Assembly: GCA_016748015.1 (NCBI GenBank)
Contig: JAAOMT010000008.1
Location: 1-35,010 of the forward strand
Source of the DNA: Geosiphon pyriformis uo1
Taxonomy: Eukaryota > Fungi > Glomeromycota
Reading direction: 5' to 3'
Length of the DNA stretch: 35,010 nucleotides
The notes below the pieces were generated by a model. The model saw only the letters and a list, made by a program, of their open reading frames with translations, was not told where the DNA came from and did no database searches. Both the position numbers and the translations under genes were made by a program. Shown here in pieces: positions 21,690 to 34,275 of the stretch (positions within the stretch are counted from its first letter, which is position 1; every line of letters begins with the position of its first letter).

Positions 21690-22946
21690 ATTAAACAAAG
21701 AGCATACAGAATGCCACCAGCCAGCCATGAGATTATTCATCAAGAGATAAACCGAATGCTTGACAATGGAGTAATTCAACTATTAATGAGTCCATGGTCA
21801 TTACCAGTGGTACTTGTCCATAAAAAGAATGAAAAGATCTGATTTTGTGTGGACTACAGAAAACTCAATAGTGTAACTCGTGAAGACAGCTACTCAACTC
21901 CACGGATACAGAAATTATTCAATGCTTTTGGCAGGAACAAATGGTTCTTAACATTAGACTTAGACAGTAGTTACTAACAAGTAATCATGAATTCAGCTGA
22001 CAAAGAGAAGACAGCATTCACCACTAGAGAAGAGAATTTCGAATTTGAAGTGATGTCCTTTGGCTTAACCAATGCTCCAGCCACTTTCCAACAGCTAATG
22101 GAAATCATTTATACTGGCTTATTATGGAAATCAGTAGTTATATACTTGGATAACACCAATGTAATCTCAAAAACATTTGATGATCATCTTCATCATCTTC
22201 AACAAGTGTTCAAAAGACTAAGAAGAGCAGAACTAAAGTTAAATACAACAAAGTACTTCTTCAGCAAGACAGAACTAAAATTCTTGAGACACATAGTTAG
22301 CAAAGACAGTATCAAAATGGATCCAGAGAAAATAAAGATAGTAAAGAACTTTCCAGTGCTAACCAATATGACAGAACTAAAATCATTCTTGAGATTTGCC
22401 AGCTACTATTGATGTTTTATCAAGAACTTTTCTAAGATAGCACAGCCATTCAACCAACTGTAAACCAAGAATACAAAATATGAATGAACAGAAAGTCAAC
22501 AAGAAGCTTTTAATATTTTGAAAAGAAAGCTCATTCAAGCTCCAGTACTGATCTATCCAGATCACAGCAAACCATTCATTATCACTACCAATGCATCCAG
22601 CCAAGCTTTGAGAGCAGTACTATCTCAAAGAGGACTGGACAGCAGAAAACATCCAATAGCATATGCCAGCCAAGGTCTAACACCAGCTGAAAAGAACTAT
22701 GGAACACCAAAACAAGAATACTTAGCAATCTATTGGGCAGTCATGAAGTGGAATGAATACTTGAGCCAAAAGTTTGATATATACACGGATCATAAAAGAT
22801 TAATATCACTTCAAAAGCAAAAATGTTATGACGGCCACCAATCCAGATGGAAAATAGCACTCTCACAATATATTTATACTATACACTATAAGAAAGGAAA
22901 AGACAATGGAAATGCTGATGGTTTGTTGCGAATGAAACAAATCTAA
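21690..22946 (+). pseudogene. Reverse transcriptase-RNase H
   Basis: FCVDYRKLN, MSFGLTNAPATFQ, YLDN, ITTNAS, IYTDHK, NADGLLRMKQI*. Confidence 0.95.
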
Positions 22947-23009
22947 GAACATTTCAACCCCAAAAATATAACAAAACCAAAACAATACCAACAAAAAATA
23001 TAACAAAAG

Positions 23010-24393
23010 ATGAACATACAAAAATATCAACAACTTCAACATTATATAAACACTCAACAGTTCAAGAAAAATCTATCTCAAATGGAACAAAAGAATATCA
23101 AACAACAATCAAAATATTTTATCACTTACCAAAATATACTTTATCGGAAAAATAGAAGAAATTTAGACCAACCAACCAGAGTAATTACAGAGCCAGAAAA
23201 AGAGACAATATTATTCAACATGTACTCAAATCCAACAGCAGAACACTTTTACAAAGAAGCAACCATGGAAAGAACCAGAAAAAAATACTATTGGCCATCA
23301 ATATATCTAGATATCATCCAATATGTTCAAAATTGTGATGCTTGTTAGTAAAAAAGAGATACAAAACCCAGTGAATCATTAAGATCAATCAAAGTGTGAC
23401 AACTATTTGACTGTATTGGAATTGATTTAGTTGGATCATTAACAATTACCAACAGAAGAAACAGATACATAGCAGTAGCCATGGACTATCTCACTAAATA
23501 GCTAGAGGCAAAAGCAATTTAAAGAGCGGATGCAAAATTTGTTGCCGAATTTGTTCATCATGATTTGATTTGTCGACATAGATGTCCAAAAAAATTATTA
23601 TCAGACCAAGGAACTCATTTTGTGAACAGAACATTAACAGAATTGAGCCAAAGATTCGGAATTAAGAGACCATTATTATCATCATACCATCCACAAACCA
23701 ATAAATTAGTTGAAAGATTCAACAGAATATTGTGTGAAACAATAGCTAAGCTCAGCCAAGAAAACCAGAATGATTGGGATTTGTTGATACCATCAGTACT
23801 ATTTGCTTATTGGACAATGAAGCAAAGATACTACACAAGCAACACCATTTGAATTAGTATATGATAGAACAACAACACTACTAGTGGAAATAGAAGTCAG
23901 CACATACCCAACCAAACCAATAACAGAAGAGAATTTCAAAAACACATTGTTGAGAAAAACATATGACTTAATGGAAACATTAGAAAACAAATGATGAAGA
24001 GCAGCTGATAACATACAAAGATCACAAGAGAAACAAAAAGAAAGACATGATAACCAACTACCAAATAAACCAGTTGAATTCAAGATTGGGGACAAAGTAC
24101 TACTGCATCATACCAAAGTGGAAAAACAATGGAGTAAAAAATTTGACCCCAAATGGAATGAACTATTTCACATAGAAGAAATTCTAGGAAATGGAGCTTA
24201 CAAATTAAAATTGAATAACAAAATCTTGACCAAAGCAGCACATGAAGATCGACTGAAACCATACTACCACATAGCATTATCATCCACCAGTAATATTCCA
24301 CAATTGGGAGTACAGAGAATACTAATCCAACCAGATGAGATTCCATAAGATCTGAAACTAATCATCATCATTGATAACAACATGTTCAATTGA
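23010..24393 (+). pseudogene. Stand-alone integrase ORF
   Basis: MNIQKYQ...; EHF..YYWP..CDAC; GIDLVG; LLSDQGTHF; YHPQTNKLVERFN; LGNGAYKL; no chromodomain. Confidence 0.95.
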
Positions 24394-24426
24394 TTGACAG
24401 AAAGAATATAAAAAGACATAGTCGAC

Positions 24427-25070
24427 ATGACGGAAAAATGCAGAAAAATGGAAATTACTGACAACATCTATTCATTAGCACAACAAATCTTTCAATTAAT
24501 CCAACACCAGGAGATGGAAATTACAATTAATCAACAAACCATTCAATACAAAAGTACTGCAAGAATACCACAACACAAAGTACAGAAAAAACTCAAAAAT
24601 GTTGTTGACAAGATCATGACCAAGGTAAAAGTGGCCATGAAAAAACAACAAATAGTCGGATTATATCAAGAACTTATCAAAGAAACTTGGACTTGGTGGA
24701 TGCAACAATTTCCGAAAAACTATTGTCATTTTCACTTGAAACAACATGTAAATATCCAGAATTTGTATACCAACAAAACAAAACAGTTATTTGACACAAC
24801 AATACTGAGACAACTGGAACAATTTGTGGAAAAAACAATCTGACCACACAAGCTTAAGCTATTTATTGACTATACATAGGATTTCAAGACCAACCAGAAA
24901 TTTTACTTAACACAGCAATGGATACAATTATGAGTAATCAATTGGAAAAAATGACTAATGCCCAATTTGAAGAACTACAAATTCAAATAACACAAGTAAT
25001 ACTTGAAAAAGAAGTTCAAGAAATAATTCAAGAAAAGGAATTAAAGGAATTAGATTTCGACAGAGCTTAA
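24427..25070 (+). pseudogene. ORF-X subtype 1 (~210 aa, with internal stop(s) and one frameshift)
   Basis: ORF 24427-24843 continues to ...ELDFDRA* just before the PPT. Confidence 0.75.
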
Positions 25071-25089
25071 TATTAAAAGGAGAGAATAA

Positions 25090-26003
25090 TATTACTCATA
25101 GAATATAAAAAGTATAGTATTATTAATCAGTAGATATTAGCCAATCAGAAGTAGATGTAGTAAATAAGAAATTGCAAGATTTCTCTCAGAGGAATTGCAG
25201 GATTCCAGGAATTTCAGAATTCTCTGGCGAGAAATTGCAGGATTCTTTTCATCAGGAATCGCAGAATTCTAGGAATTCCAGAATTCCTGTTACAATAAAT
25301 TGAAAAATTGAGAAATCTCAAATATGTATATATAGCAGTAGTATTAGAAGCAGAAAAGACAAAATCAATACCAAGAATCCTTAGCTTAGTTACTACAATC
25401 CTCAAATAAATAATTATTCACTATATCAAATTCATTCTTTACTATCAACATGAAGTGTTGATAGTAACTGCTACTTAACCACACTGAAACAATAGCTCTT
25501 GATCACAGCTATTGATGGGATACTAACTTACAAATTGCCTTGGCTTATTTCTTATTTTCTCTTTTATTTTTTTTTTATTTTTTTTGTTGTCTACTAACTT
25601 GATTAAAAGATTTACTCTTGGAGGACTTATGAAGAAATAAAACTTATTTAAACAATACTTACTCTTGGAGTACTTACAGAGGAATAAACTTGCTTAAATA
25701 ATACTTACTCTTGGAAGACTTACAGAGGAACTGATGTCAGAAAACAGCACTGGTATATACTTACAAAGGATATTGTACCAAGAGAATCAACACCCATCAA
25801 GCTGAGAAAGCAATCAATGAAACTACAGTTCCAGAAAACTATTGATAAAACTGTTATGATTGAATCTCTGTCCATTATACAAAGAACTCAATTGGAAAAC
25901 CTTCAAATAAAATATCTTCAGATTATCATCATTACCAATAGCTTTGAGCACCAAGTTATAGATTTGTTATTTAATCCAACACCAGAAATAATCACCTGTA
26001 ACA
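25090..26003 (+). repeat. 3' LTR-B of E4 (914 bp)
   Basis: Preceded by the PPT; gaattgcagg-type U3 repeats 25168-25288; TATA 25327-25333; AATAAA 25405; 46-bp x2.6 repeat 25611-25731; ends CTGTAACA at the same point where homology to 8642 ends. Confidence 0.85.
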
Positions 26004-26047
26004 CCATAACAACAACTTACTACTACTAACAAAACAACAAAACAACA

Positions 26048-27433
26048 ATGAATTCTAAAAATTACAAAAATATTAAAAACTATTTGAAGACTCTTACCAT
26101 GCCAGAAAATTGGTCTCCAAGTGAAAAACATTGATTACAACACCAATCCAAACAATATTTCATACATCACAACAAAATTTATTACAAAAATCGCAGAAAT
26201 CCAAACCAATTACTCAGATTAGTACAAAAGAATAAAAAAGAAACAATCTTATACAACATGTACACAGATCTTTCTTCAGTACACTTAGGAAGAGATGGAA
26301 CAATACAAAGAACTCTTGAACATTATTTTTGGCCTCAAATGCAAAAAGACATTTGACAATATGTAGAATTTTGTAATAATTGTCAAAGAAGAGAAAGAAC
26401 TTGCTCCACAGAACCTTTAAATCTAATCAAAGTTGAACAACCTTTTGACAGAGTTGGAATTGATTTAATTGGACCATTACCTATCACAACTCAAGAAAAT
26501 TGTTATATTGCAGTTACAGTAAATTATCTTACCAAATGGCCTAAAGCTAGAGCCATCCAAAAAGCAGATGCAAAATCAGTAGCAAATTTCATCTATGAAA
26601 ACATTATTTGTAGACATGGATGCCTAATTGAACTTTTATTTGATCAAGGAACACATTTTGTGAACAATTTGATACAAAAAATTTGTGAATAATTTAATGT
26701 CAAAAGACCTTTATCATCACCTTATCACTTTCAAACAAATGGACTTATAGAACATTTCAACAGAACATTGTATAAATCTCTAGCCAAAGTCTTAACAGAC
26801 TTTGAGCAAGAATGGGATATTTTTATTCCATCAGTATTACTAGCATACAGAACACTAAAACAAGATACTACAAAACACACACTATTTGATTTAACTTATA
26901 GAAGGACAGCAACATTACCAATTAATTTCACAGTAAAAACATACTCTGTGCAACCAATTAATAAAAAGAATTTTCAAGAAACACTCCAAAGAAGAGCCTA
27001 CACTCTTTTTAGTACACTGGAAGAAAAAAGAAGAATAGCAGCAACTCATATTAAACATTTCTAAGCTCAACAAAAAGAAAGACATGACAACAAATTACCA
27101 CTCATAACCAACGAATTTAAAGTTGGAAATAAAGTTTTTTTATACAAAACTAAGAGTGAAAAACAATGGAGTGGAAAATTTGAAAACAAATAAGATGGAC
27201 TATTTTATATTTATGAAATTTTAGGCAATGGATCATATAAGTTAAGACTTGATAACAAAGTATTAGCAAAAGTTGCACATAGAAATAGATTGAAACACTA
27301 TCATTCTAGAAACAATCCTGAATCATTAATTCCACAAATTGGTACACATTCTCCTTTAATTAATTCTGAAGATATTCCCTGAAATTTAGAACCAATAATT
27401 ATAATAGAACAACAGCCAAACTTGAACACTTAA
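26048..27433 (+). pseudogene. Stand-alone integrase ORF
   Basis: MNSKNYKNIKNYLKT; HLG..YFWP..CNNCQ; DRVGIDLIGPLP; DQGTHF; QTNGLIEHFNRTL; LGNGSYKL. Confidence 0.93.
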
Positions 27434-27594
27434 TTCAACATAATTTTTTTTTAAATAACTTACAAAACATAAATCAAAAATAGTAAATAAATTACAAAGA
27501 AACATTTAAACCCAAAAAAAAATAAAAACTCTATACCCAAAAAATAATTTTCTTTATTCTTTTCAAACTTTGTTATTAATTAGTTTTTTTTATC

Positions 27595-28138
27595 ATGATT
27601 ATTCTTTGAAATATTCAACAAATATTCCAAAAATTAATGTTAGCTTTGAAAACACTTCCTGACTTATCCATAATGATTAATGGAAGTCATATTAATTACA
27701 TTTAGAAAGAAATCACAACCCCAATAGTAAATAATTTTCAGAACTATCACCTTTATAGAAGAAAAACAAGAGGTCACTTTGGAAATAGGTTACCAGAACT
27801 TTTGAAGCAAGCACTAAAAGAAAACTTTTTAATTGCTCCTATTGACATTCCACCAAATACCACAATGCAACAAAAACTTTTACTATTTTTCAATGAACAG
27901 AACAATGAACATACTCTTATATATAGATATTTTCATATTGAAAAAACACTTTATGAATGAAAACTGGAACTGGAAGCAACCAATATTACTCCTGAGGCTA
28001 TACAGAAACAAATTTACAATGAATTTAAGACAGCAGCTGGACCAACAAACATTTGCTACAAACTTAGAGCAGCTTTTAGACTCTATAATTTATTTAATAC
28101 TTGTGAAAACGTCTTACAAAATCCAATACTTCATCCAA
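27595..28138 (+). pseudogene. ORF-X subtype 3, 3'-truncated
   Basis: MIIL*NIQQIFQKL...SIMING...KQIYNEF...YKLRAAFRLYNLF. Confidence 0.6.
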
Positions 28139-28977
28139 TAAATAATCTGATTTGTACTCTAGAAATTAAGATGATCAAATTACACAATACTCTGAATCAT
28201 TTAACATAGTCAAAATTTGCTAAAATTTATGAAAATTTGCCGAAATAATTAATAGTTCAGTGAAATAACTTGTAAATTTACCAAAATATATCTTTAGTTC
28301 ATCCAAATTGAAGAAAAGAGAAAAGTGCAAGTTCAAAGAATAATTTTACAACAAGTTGTATAAAAGAAAAGCTTCTCTCTTCAAAAAAATATATCTTCTT
28401 CTAGTATCTTATCATAGTATATTACTTTAGATATCTTAATTGAAACAAATCACCTTTTATAAAATCAAATAAAAATTAAATATTCGGAAACCAAATTCTT
28501 AAATTATTACACTTGAAATTCTCTTAACACAACTAACGTTTTAAAATTGATTAGCTACTAATTTCAATAAACTGTTAGTGACTCCAGGCCTGGATAGAAA
28601 ACGTTTTTCTTGATAAATTCTATTTCTTTTACATTTTCTTTATTTTTATTTTTTTTTCTTATCATAATTATTAGGATAGTCTACAGACAAGATTCCTATA
28701 GAAGAGTTGACTTTTACAGTAAAGTAACTACACATTTTTAGTAAGCTTCCAGATGAGCAATTCCTGGGAAAGAATTGACATTTACTACAATATAACTACA
28801 TAAAGTAACTGGCGAGGAATTGGCCATTCCACATATAAGTCTAGCAGTTCAAATTATAAGAGATAATTTGAAGATAAATTCAGTTATTGGAGGTCCAACT
28901 ACTTCCTGAAAATGTGAATTCACAGCAAATCAACATTAACAACATTTAAGAAAAGAGACCAAAAACCTCTGGTAACA
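28139..28977 (+). mobile_element. LTR-A copy 4, missing its first ~135 bp
   Basis: Collinear with ~6371-7248; ends CTGGTAACA followed by ATGC. Confidence 0.92.
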
Positions 28978-29784
28978 ATGCAAATCCATTACTATTGCAA
29001 ACTATGCCACTGTAATCACTATAGCTACCCAAAATACCAAGACAAGTGGGACAACAAACCATGTCTCACTTGTGGCAAACAACTACTTGACAAAGAAATG
29101 TGGAACAACATTCCTGGTCAAGAAGGAATCTGCGACACATTGTGTCAATACACAATTCTTATTAACAACTGGGTAAGTTGAAGAACCCCAATAATAGCAG
29201 CCTAACATTGAGCAATCTCTCACCTGAATGGTTATCCATATGATGAAGGCGAGATTTGGAGAATGGCCAATGCTAAGATAGAAGACGCTTTGCCTAGTGA
29301 GATCTTAGAAATAAAGAACAATTCTCCTGAACCAGTTAAAGTTGTTCTTATTCTCAATGTTTTTTTAGATATTGAAACAGACCCAGAGGAATTTTATAAA
29401 CACTACCAAAATTTAGCACCCACTCAAAAGAAACAAGAACAGTGCTTAAAAGAAATAAACACCTAATTATGTGACCACTGTTTGATCCCATATGACTTTC
29501 AGTATTGTAATAAGTGTGATCTCATCTACAATCCAACACCATGCAGGATCTATACAATCCCAAAAGAGGAAAAACCAATCAGCAGCTGCACATTAGAATT
29601 AGATTCAACTTTTAATCCTGATTCAAACTCTGACGACAATAACAACAATGGTTTCAGCTCTGTTCAAAATGACAACAACAATAACAATGACAATTTAAAC
29701 TCAAATTCAGACTCCAAACAGTACATTGCACTTCCTGATCTTTCCAAAAAGCAAGAATTCAGATGGTTCAGTGACAACAACAAA

Positions 29785-30190
29785 AATATTATGCCAGAAT
29801 GCATGCATGATACTAATGTAAGGTTTGATCTGAGATATCCAGAAAAAAATGCCATTAAATTAGAATCACATTCACATATCTGTATTGATCTCAAAGTAGC
29901 ACTAGAAATCTCTGCAACAACAATGGTTCAATTAGCATCTAGAAATAGCTTAGTAAAAAAAGAAATTAGCATCAGAAGAGGAATAATGGATATCAGATAT
30001 GTGAAAAATATCATTGCTATACTACAAAATAACTCAGAAAAGGCTTATATCATAGAACCAAATAAAAAAATAGCACAAGCAATATTTCTGCCTCTGGTTA
30101 AAATAGCTCAATTAATATCAGTGGGAAACAGGGAAGAATTAGAAATTACAGCTAAAGGAATACAAGAATTTGGATTAATGGGTAGAATAG
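29785..30190 (+). pseudogene. dUTPase (within ORF 29482-30771)
   Basis: HDTNVRFDL, ASRNSL, RRGIMDIRYVK, KIAQAIF, KGIQEFGLMG. Confidence 0.9.
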
Positions 30191-30769
30191 ATATACCAGT
30201 CAATATGGCAGAAGAAGAGGTTATTGACAAGGGAAAAATTATATTTACCTGTCAATTAATTTCCATTCTATCATATGATCAGTACATGTTAACCATAGAA
30301 AGAAAAGTAAAAAATCAGACACAAATTTTTGAAGCGGAACCAATTATTTGCAAATCAGGAGAAATTGGACTTATCAATCTCTACATACCAGTCAAAAACA
30401 AGAACCATATCAAAATTTCCATCTACAACACAACAGAAAACATCATAAAAATACCAAAAAGAACCACCATCGGATATTTAAGCACTGAAGTTGAAGAACA
30501 GACACCAAATCTCATTCCAGATTTCCCACAGCTTTGTGGATATGTGGATATTATGTTACAAACAATTTATAGATGGAACAAATGTTATCTGTTTCAACCA
30601 GAACAATTGGAACAAATGAACATGGAAAACTTAGATCCACTTCAATGTATGCAGCTCAAGATGTTACTCAACAACTTTAATGACATCTTTGCCAGTGAAA
30701 ATAAATTTGGTCATACTGACATCATCCAGCATCAGATCAAGACTGGAGATGTGATACCAATAAAACAAT

Positions 30770-32016
30770 GAGCATATAGAGTACTACCAGCCAGCCATGA
30801 AATTATTTGTCAAGAAATCAATTAGATGCTTGACAATGGGCTAATTCAGTTATTAATAAGTCCATGGTTATTACCAGTAGTACTAGTCCATAAGAAAAAT
30901 GAGAAAATCTGCTTTTGTGTAGATTACAGGAAACTGAATGGAGTAACAAAAGAAGATTGCTACTCGACTTCAAAGATCCAAGAACTGTTTAATGCTTTTG
31001 GAGGAAAGAAATGGTTTTCAACTTTGGATTTAGACAGCAGTTACTGATAAGTAGCCATGAAACCAGAAGATAAAAAAAAAACAGCTTTTACAACACAAAA
31101 AGAGAATTTCGAATTTGAAATAATGCCATTTGGTTTGATGAATGCACCAGCCACCTTCTAATAACTAATAGAAATTGTTTACACCAGACTACTATGGAAA
31201 TCAGTAGTTGTTTACTTAAATGACACAAATGTGTTCTCCAAAACATTCGACAATTATTTGCATTATCTTCAACAAGTGTTTGAAAGACTAAAAAGAGCTG
31301 GATTAAAATTAAATGCAACCAAGTGTTTCTTTGAAAAAACTGAGCTCAAGTTTTTGGAACATATTATGAACAAAGATGATATCAAAATAGATCCAAACAA
31401 GATTGAAGTAGTCAAGAACTTTCTAGTACTAATTAACTTGACAGAACTAAGAGCATTTTTGAAATTTGCCAAATACTATCACCACTTTATCAAAGACTTT
31501 TCTAAACTGGCCCAGCCATTACATCAGCTCTAATCAAAAAACATCAAGTATAAATGGACAGAAAACCAGCAAGAAGCTTTTGACATATTAAGAAAAAAGC
31601 TTTTTCAAGTTCCAGTGTTAATGTATCCAGATCACAGCAAACTATTTATCATCACCACTGATGCATCAGGCCAAGCATTGGGAGCAGTACTATCACAGAA
31701 AAAACCAGATGGAAGAGAACATCCAGTAGCATATGCCAGTCAAAGTTTGAGTTCAGCTGAAAAGAACTATAGAACACCAGCATTAAAATACTTAGCAATT
31801 TATTGGGCAATTATGAAATAGAAAGAATACTTAAGTCAAAAGTTTGACATATACACTGATCATAAAGAATTGATTTCAATCCAGAAGCAAGAATTTGGAG
31901 ATAATCATTACACTTAATGGAAAATAGAACTTTTACTATTTAAATATACCGTATACTACAAAAAAAGAAAAGAAAATGGAAATGCCAACAGTTTATCACA
32001 AATAAGACAAATCTAA
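30770..32016 (+). pseudogene. Reverse transcriptase-RNase H
   Basis: FCVDYRKLN, MPFGLMNAPATF, YLND, ITTDASGQALGAVLSQ, YTDHK; stop 32014-32016. Confidence 0.95.
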
Positions 32017-32046
32017 GGACACTTTAACCCAAAAATATAACAAAAA

Positions 32047-33411
32047 ATGAATAAACAAAAATATCAACAACTTTAACATTTTATAGATACCTAACAGTTC
32101 AAAAAGAAATTATTTCAAAAAGAATAAAACCATATCAAACAACAGTCCAAATATTTTATCACTCACCAAAATATATTTTATCGGAAAAACAGAAAGAATT
32201 CAGATCAACCAACCAGAGTAATCATAGAATCAGAGAAAGAAACAATATTATTCAACATGCATTCTAATCCAACAGCAGGATATTTTCACAAAGAAGCAAC
32301 CATAGAAAGAACCAGAAATAAATACTATTGGCCATCTATCTACTCAAACATTATCTAATATGTGCAAAATTGTGATGCTTGTCAGAAAAAAGAAGGAACA
32401 AGACTTAGCAAGCTATTAAGACCAATCAAAGTAGGACAACCATTCGAGCAAATTGGAATTGACTTAGTCAGACCATTAACAATAACTAGCAGAAGGAACA
32501 AATACATTACAGTAGCCATGGATTATCTCACTAAATGGCCAGAAACAAAAGCAATTCAAAGAGTGGATGCAGAATCCATTGCCAAATTTGTTTATCAAGA
32601 TCTGATTTGTTGACACGAATGTTCAAAAGAATTATTATCTGACCAAGAAACTCACTTTGTGAATAAAACATTAACAGAACTGAGTCAAAGATTCAGAATG
32701 AAGAGACCATTATTATTATCATATCATCCATAAACCAATGGATTAGTCAAAAGATTCAATAGAACATTGTGTAAAGCGATAACCAAGATCAGCCAAGAAA
32801 ACCAGGATGAATAGGACTTATTTATACCATCAGTATTATTTGCTTATTGGACGATGAAACAAAATACTACACAAGCAACACCATTTGAATTAGTATATGG
32901 TAGAACAGCAACACTACCAGTTGAGATAAAAGTCAATACATATCCAATGAAACCAATAACAGAAGACAATTTCCAAGAAACATTGCTAAAAAGAACATAT
33001 GATGTAATGGAAATATTAGAAAACAAATGGTAAAGAACAGCTAATAACATTCAAAAATCACAAGAAAAACAAAAAATAAGACATGATAACCAACTACCAG
33101 ATAAACCAGTCGAATTCAGGATTGGAAACAAAGTACTATTACATTATACCAAAGCAGAAAAACAGTAGAATAGAAAGTTTGATCCAAAATAGAATAGATC
33201 ATTTTACATACACAAAATTTTAGGAAACGAATCTTACAAGTTATGATTAGAAAACAGAATTCTGAAAAGAACAGCACATAGAAATTGTTTAAAAATTTAT
33301 CAAACACAAAGATCAACATCAGTGAAACCACAACTAAGAACACAAATTCTATTAATCAGACCAGAAGATATACCATGAGATATGAAACCAATGATAATCA
33401 TCAAGACATAA
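32047..33411 (+). pseudogene. Stand-alone integrase ORF
   Basis: MNKQKYQ; CDACQ; GIDLV; AMDYLTKWPE; LLSDQETHF. Confidence 0.95.
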
Positions 33412-33491
33412 CTACACATATGCCAAAATCCAAATATTACACACATATAAGCCTTGAGACCACAAAGAAGGGAACAATAAAAATTTCAAAC

Positions 33492-34261
33492 ATGGATCTT
33501 TCAGACAAAATTTTAAAATTATCTAAACAATTATTTAACAAAATTCAAAAATCTAAATCTTAAATAGAAATTATAATCAATAAAAAAGAGATAAGATATA
33601 GAGATAAGGAGAAGAAAGGGATGGGCGAAAGTTCAACTAGAATTAACTATTCCCATCCCTACACTCCGTCTGGAAAAAAAATTTTACAAAAAAAAATTAA
33701 ATATACTTCTTGGATGGGATGTGGAGAAAAAAGAAGAGAGGAAGAAGAAGGAGTAGAAAAATTAGATAAAAAACAAAAACAATTATATATAACATACTTG
33801 GTCCTTGAGCTAGAAAAATTAAAAAATTTTTAGCTTGTAGGACCAAACTCCACAAAACAGGGGAATGGACACCAGACAGCACCCAGGAATGGAAAAAAAG
33901 ACTCCCTCCAATATATTGGTTTTACAAAATTGGGGAACAACTAGACTTAGAAAACTCATATGGAGACTATAACCAGAAAACTTTCAACAAAGAAGCAATA
34001 CAACAAGTAGAAGAATTCATAGAAAGGAGCAACTTAATACTACACTACAAGACAGCATGTCAATTATACACTGCTTTTCAATATTGTCCAAATGTACTAT
34101 TGGATGGATCTTTGAAAAAAATAACAGTCAATAACATAGGATGAATGACCAATCAACAGTTTAAAGATCTACAAAAAGCCATAGTCAACATAACCATTAA
34201 ACATTACACAAATGAAGTTCTATCAACAGACATAACTGACTTTATAGGAGCTCAATATTAA
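33492..34261 (+). pseudogene. ORF-X subtype 2
   Basis: MDLSDKILKLSKQLFNKIQ...EIIIN...MTNQQFKDLQ...DFIGAQY*. Confidence 0.7.
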
Positions 34262-34275
34262 AAAGGAAGAGATAA

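Larger units (their letters stand above)
19292..26003 (+). mobile_element. E4: Ty3/Gypsy element, 5'-truncated in protease; Cys-rich-dUTPase-RT-RH / IN / ORF-X / LTR-B
   Basis: Ordered domains; PPT aaaaggagagaa 25075-25086; LTR TATTAC(25090)...GTAACA(26003). Confidence 0.95.
26004..28138 (+). mobile_element. E5: integrase plus ORF-X portion of another Gypsy subfamily member, target of the E4 insertion
   Basis: Spacer ccataacaacaac..., then ATG at 26048; integrase divergent from E4. Confidence 0.85.

Noticed and set aside
22140-22160. YLDN as a natural RT active-site variant
   Set aside because: E6 reads YLND instead; both derive from YLDD by G>A changes matching the background hypermutation.
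25090-25095. Non-canonical TA-starting LTRs
   Set aside because: The E4 3' end is still GTAACA, and TG>TA is a prevalent mutation here, so an ancestral TGTTAC is more parsimonious. Not fully excluded.
25508-25528. GGGATACTAAC as a half-tRNA-Asp primer-binding site
   Set aside because: Only ~11 nt of recalled similarity, and it lies ~480 bp inside the LTR rather than just after it.
25470-28138. A family of integrase-only elements with a shared ~500-bp leader (also 8642-9100)
   Set aside because: The shared leader ends precisely at GTAACA/GTAATA, the inverted match of the LTR start, so it is the U5 of LTR-B. The downstream integrases are best explained as host elements hit by nested insertion.
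29482-30771. 429-aa ORF as a functional host dUTPase gene
   Set aside because: It is a stop-free stretch of decayed pol with motifs 1, 3 and 5 mutated and no independent gene structure.
33492-34261. ORF-X as an env gene
   Set aside because: Short and hydrophilic, with no visible signal peptide, fusion peptide or transmembrane anchor.
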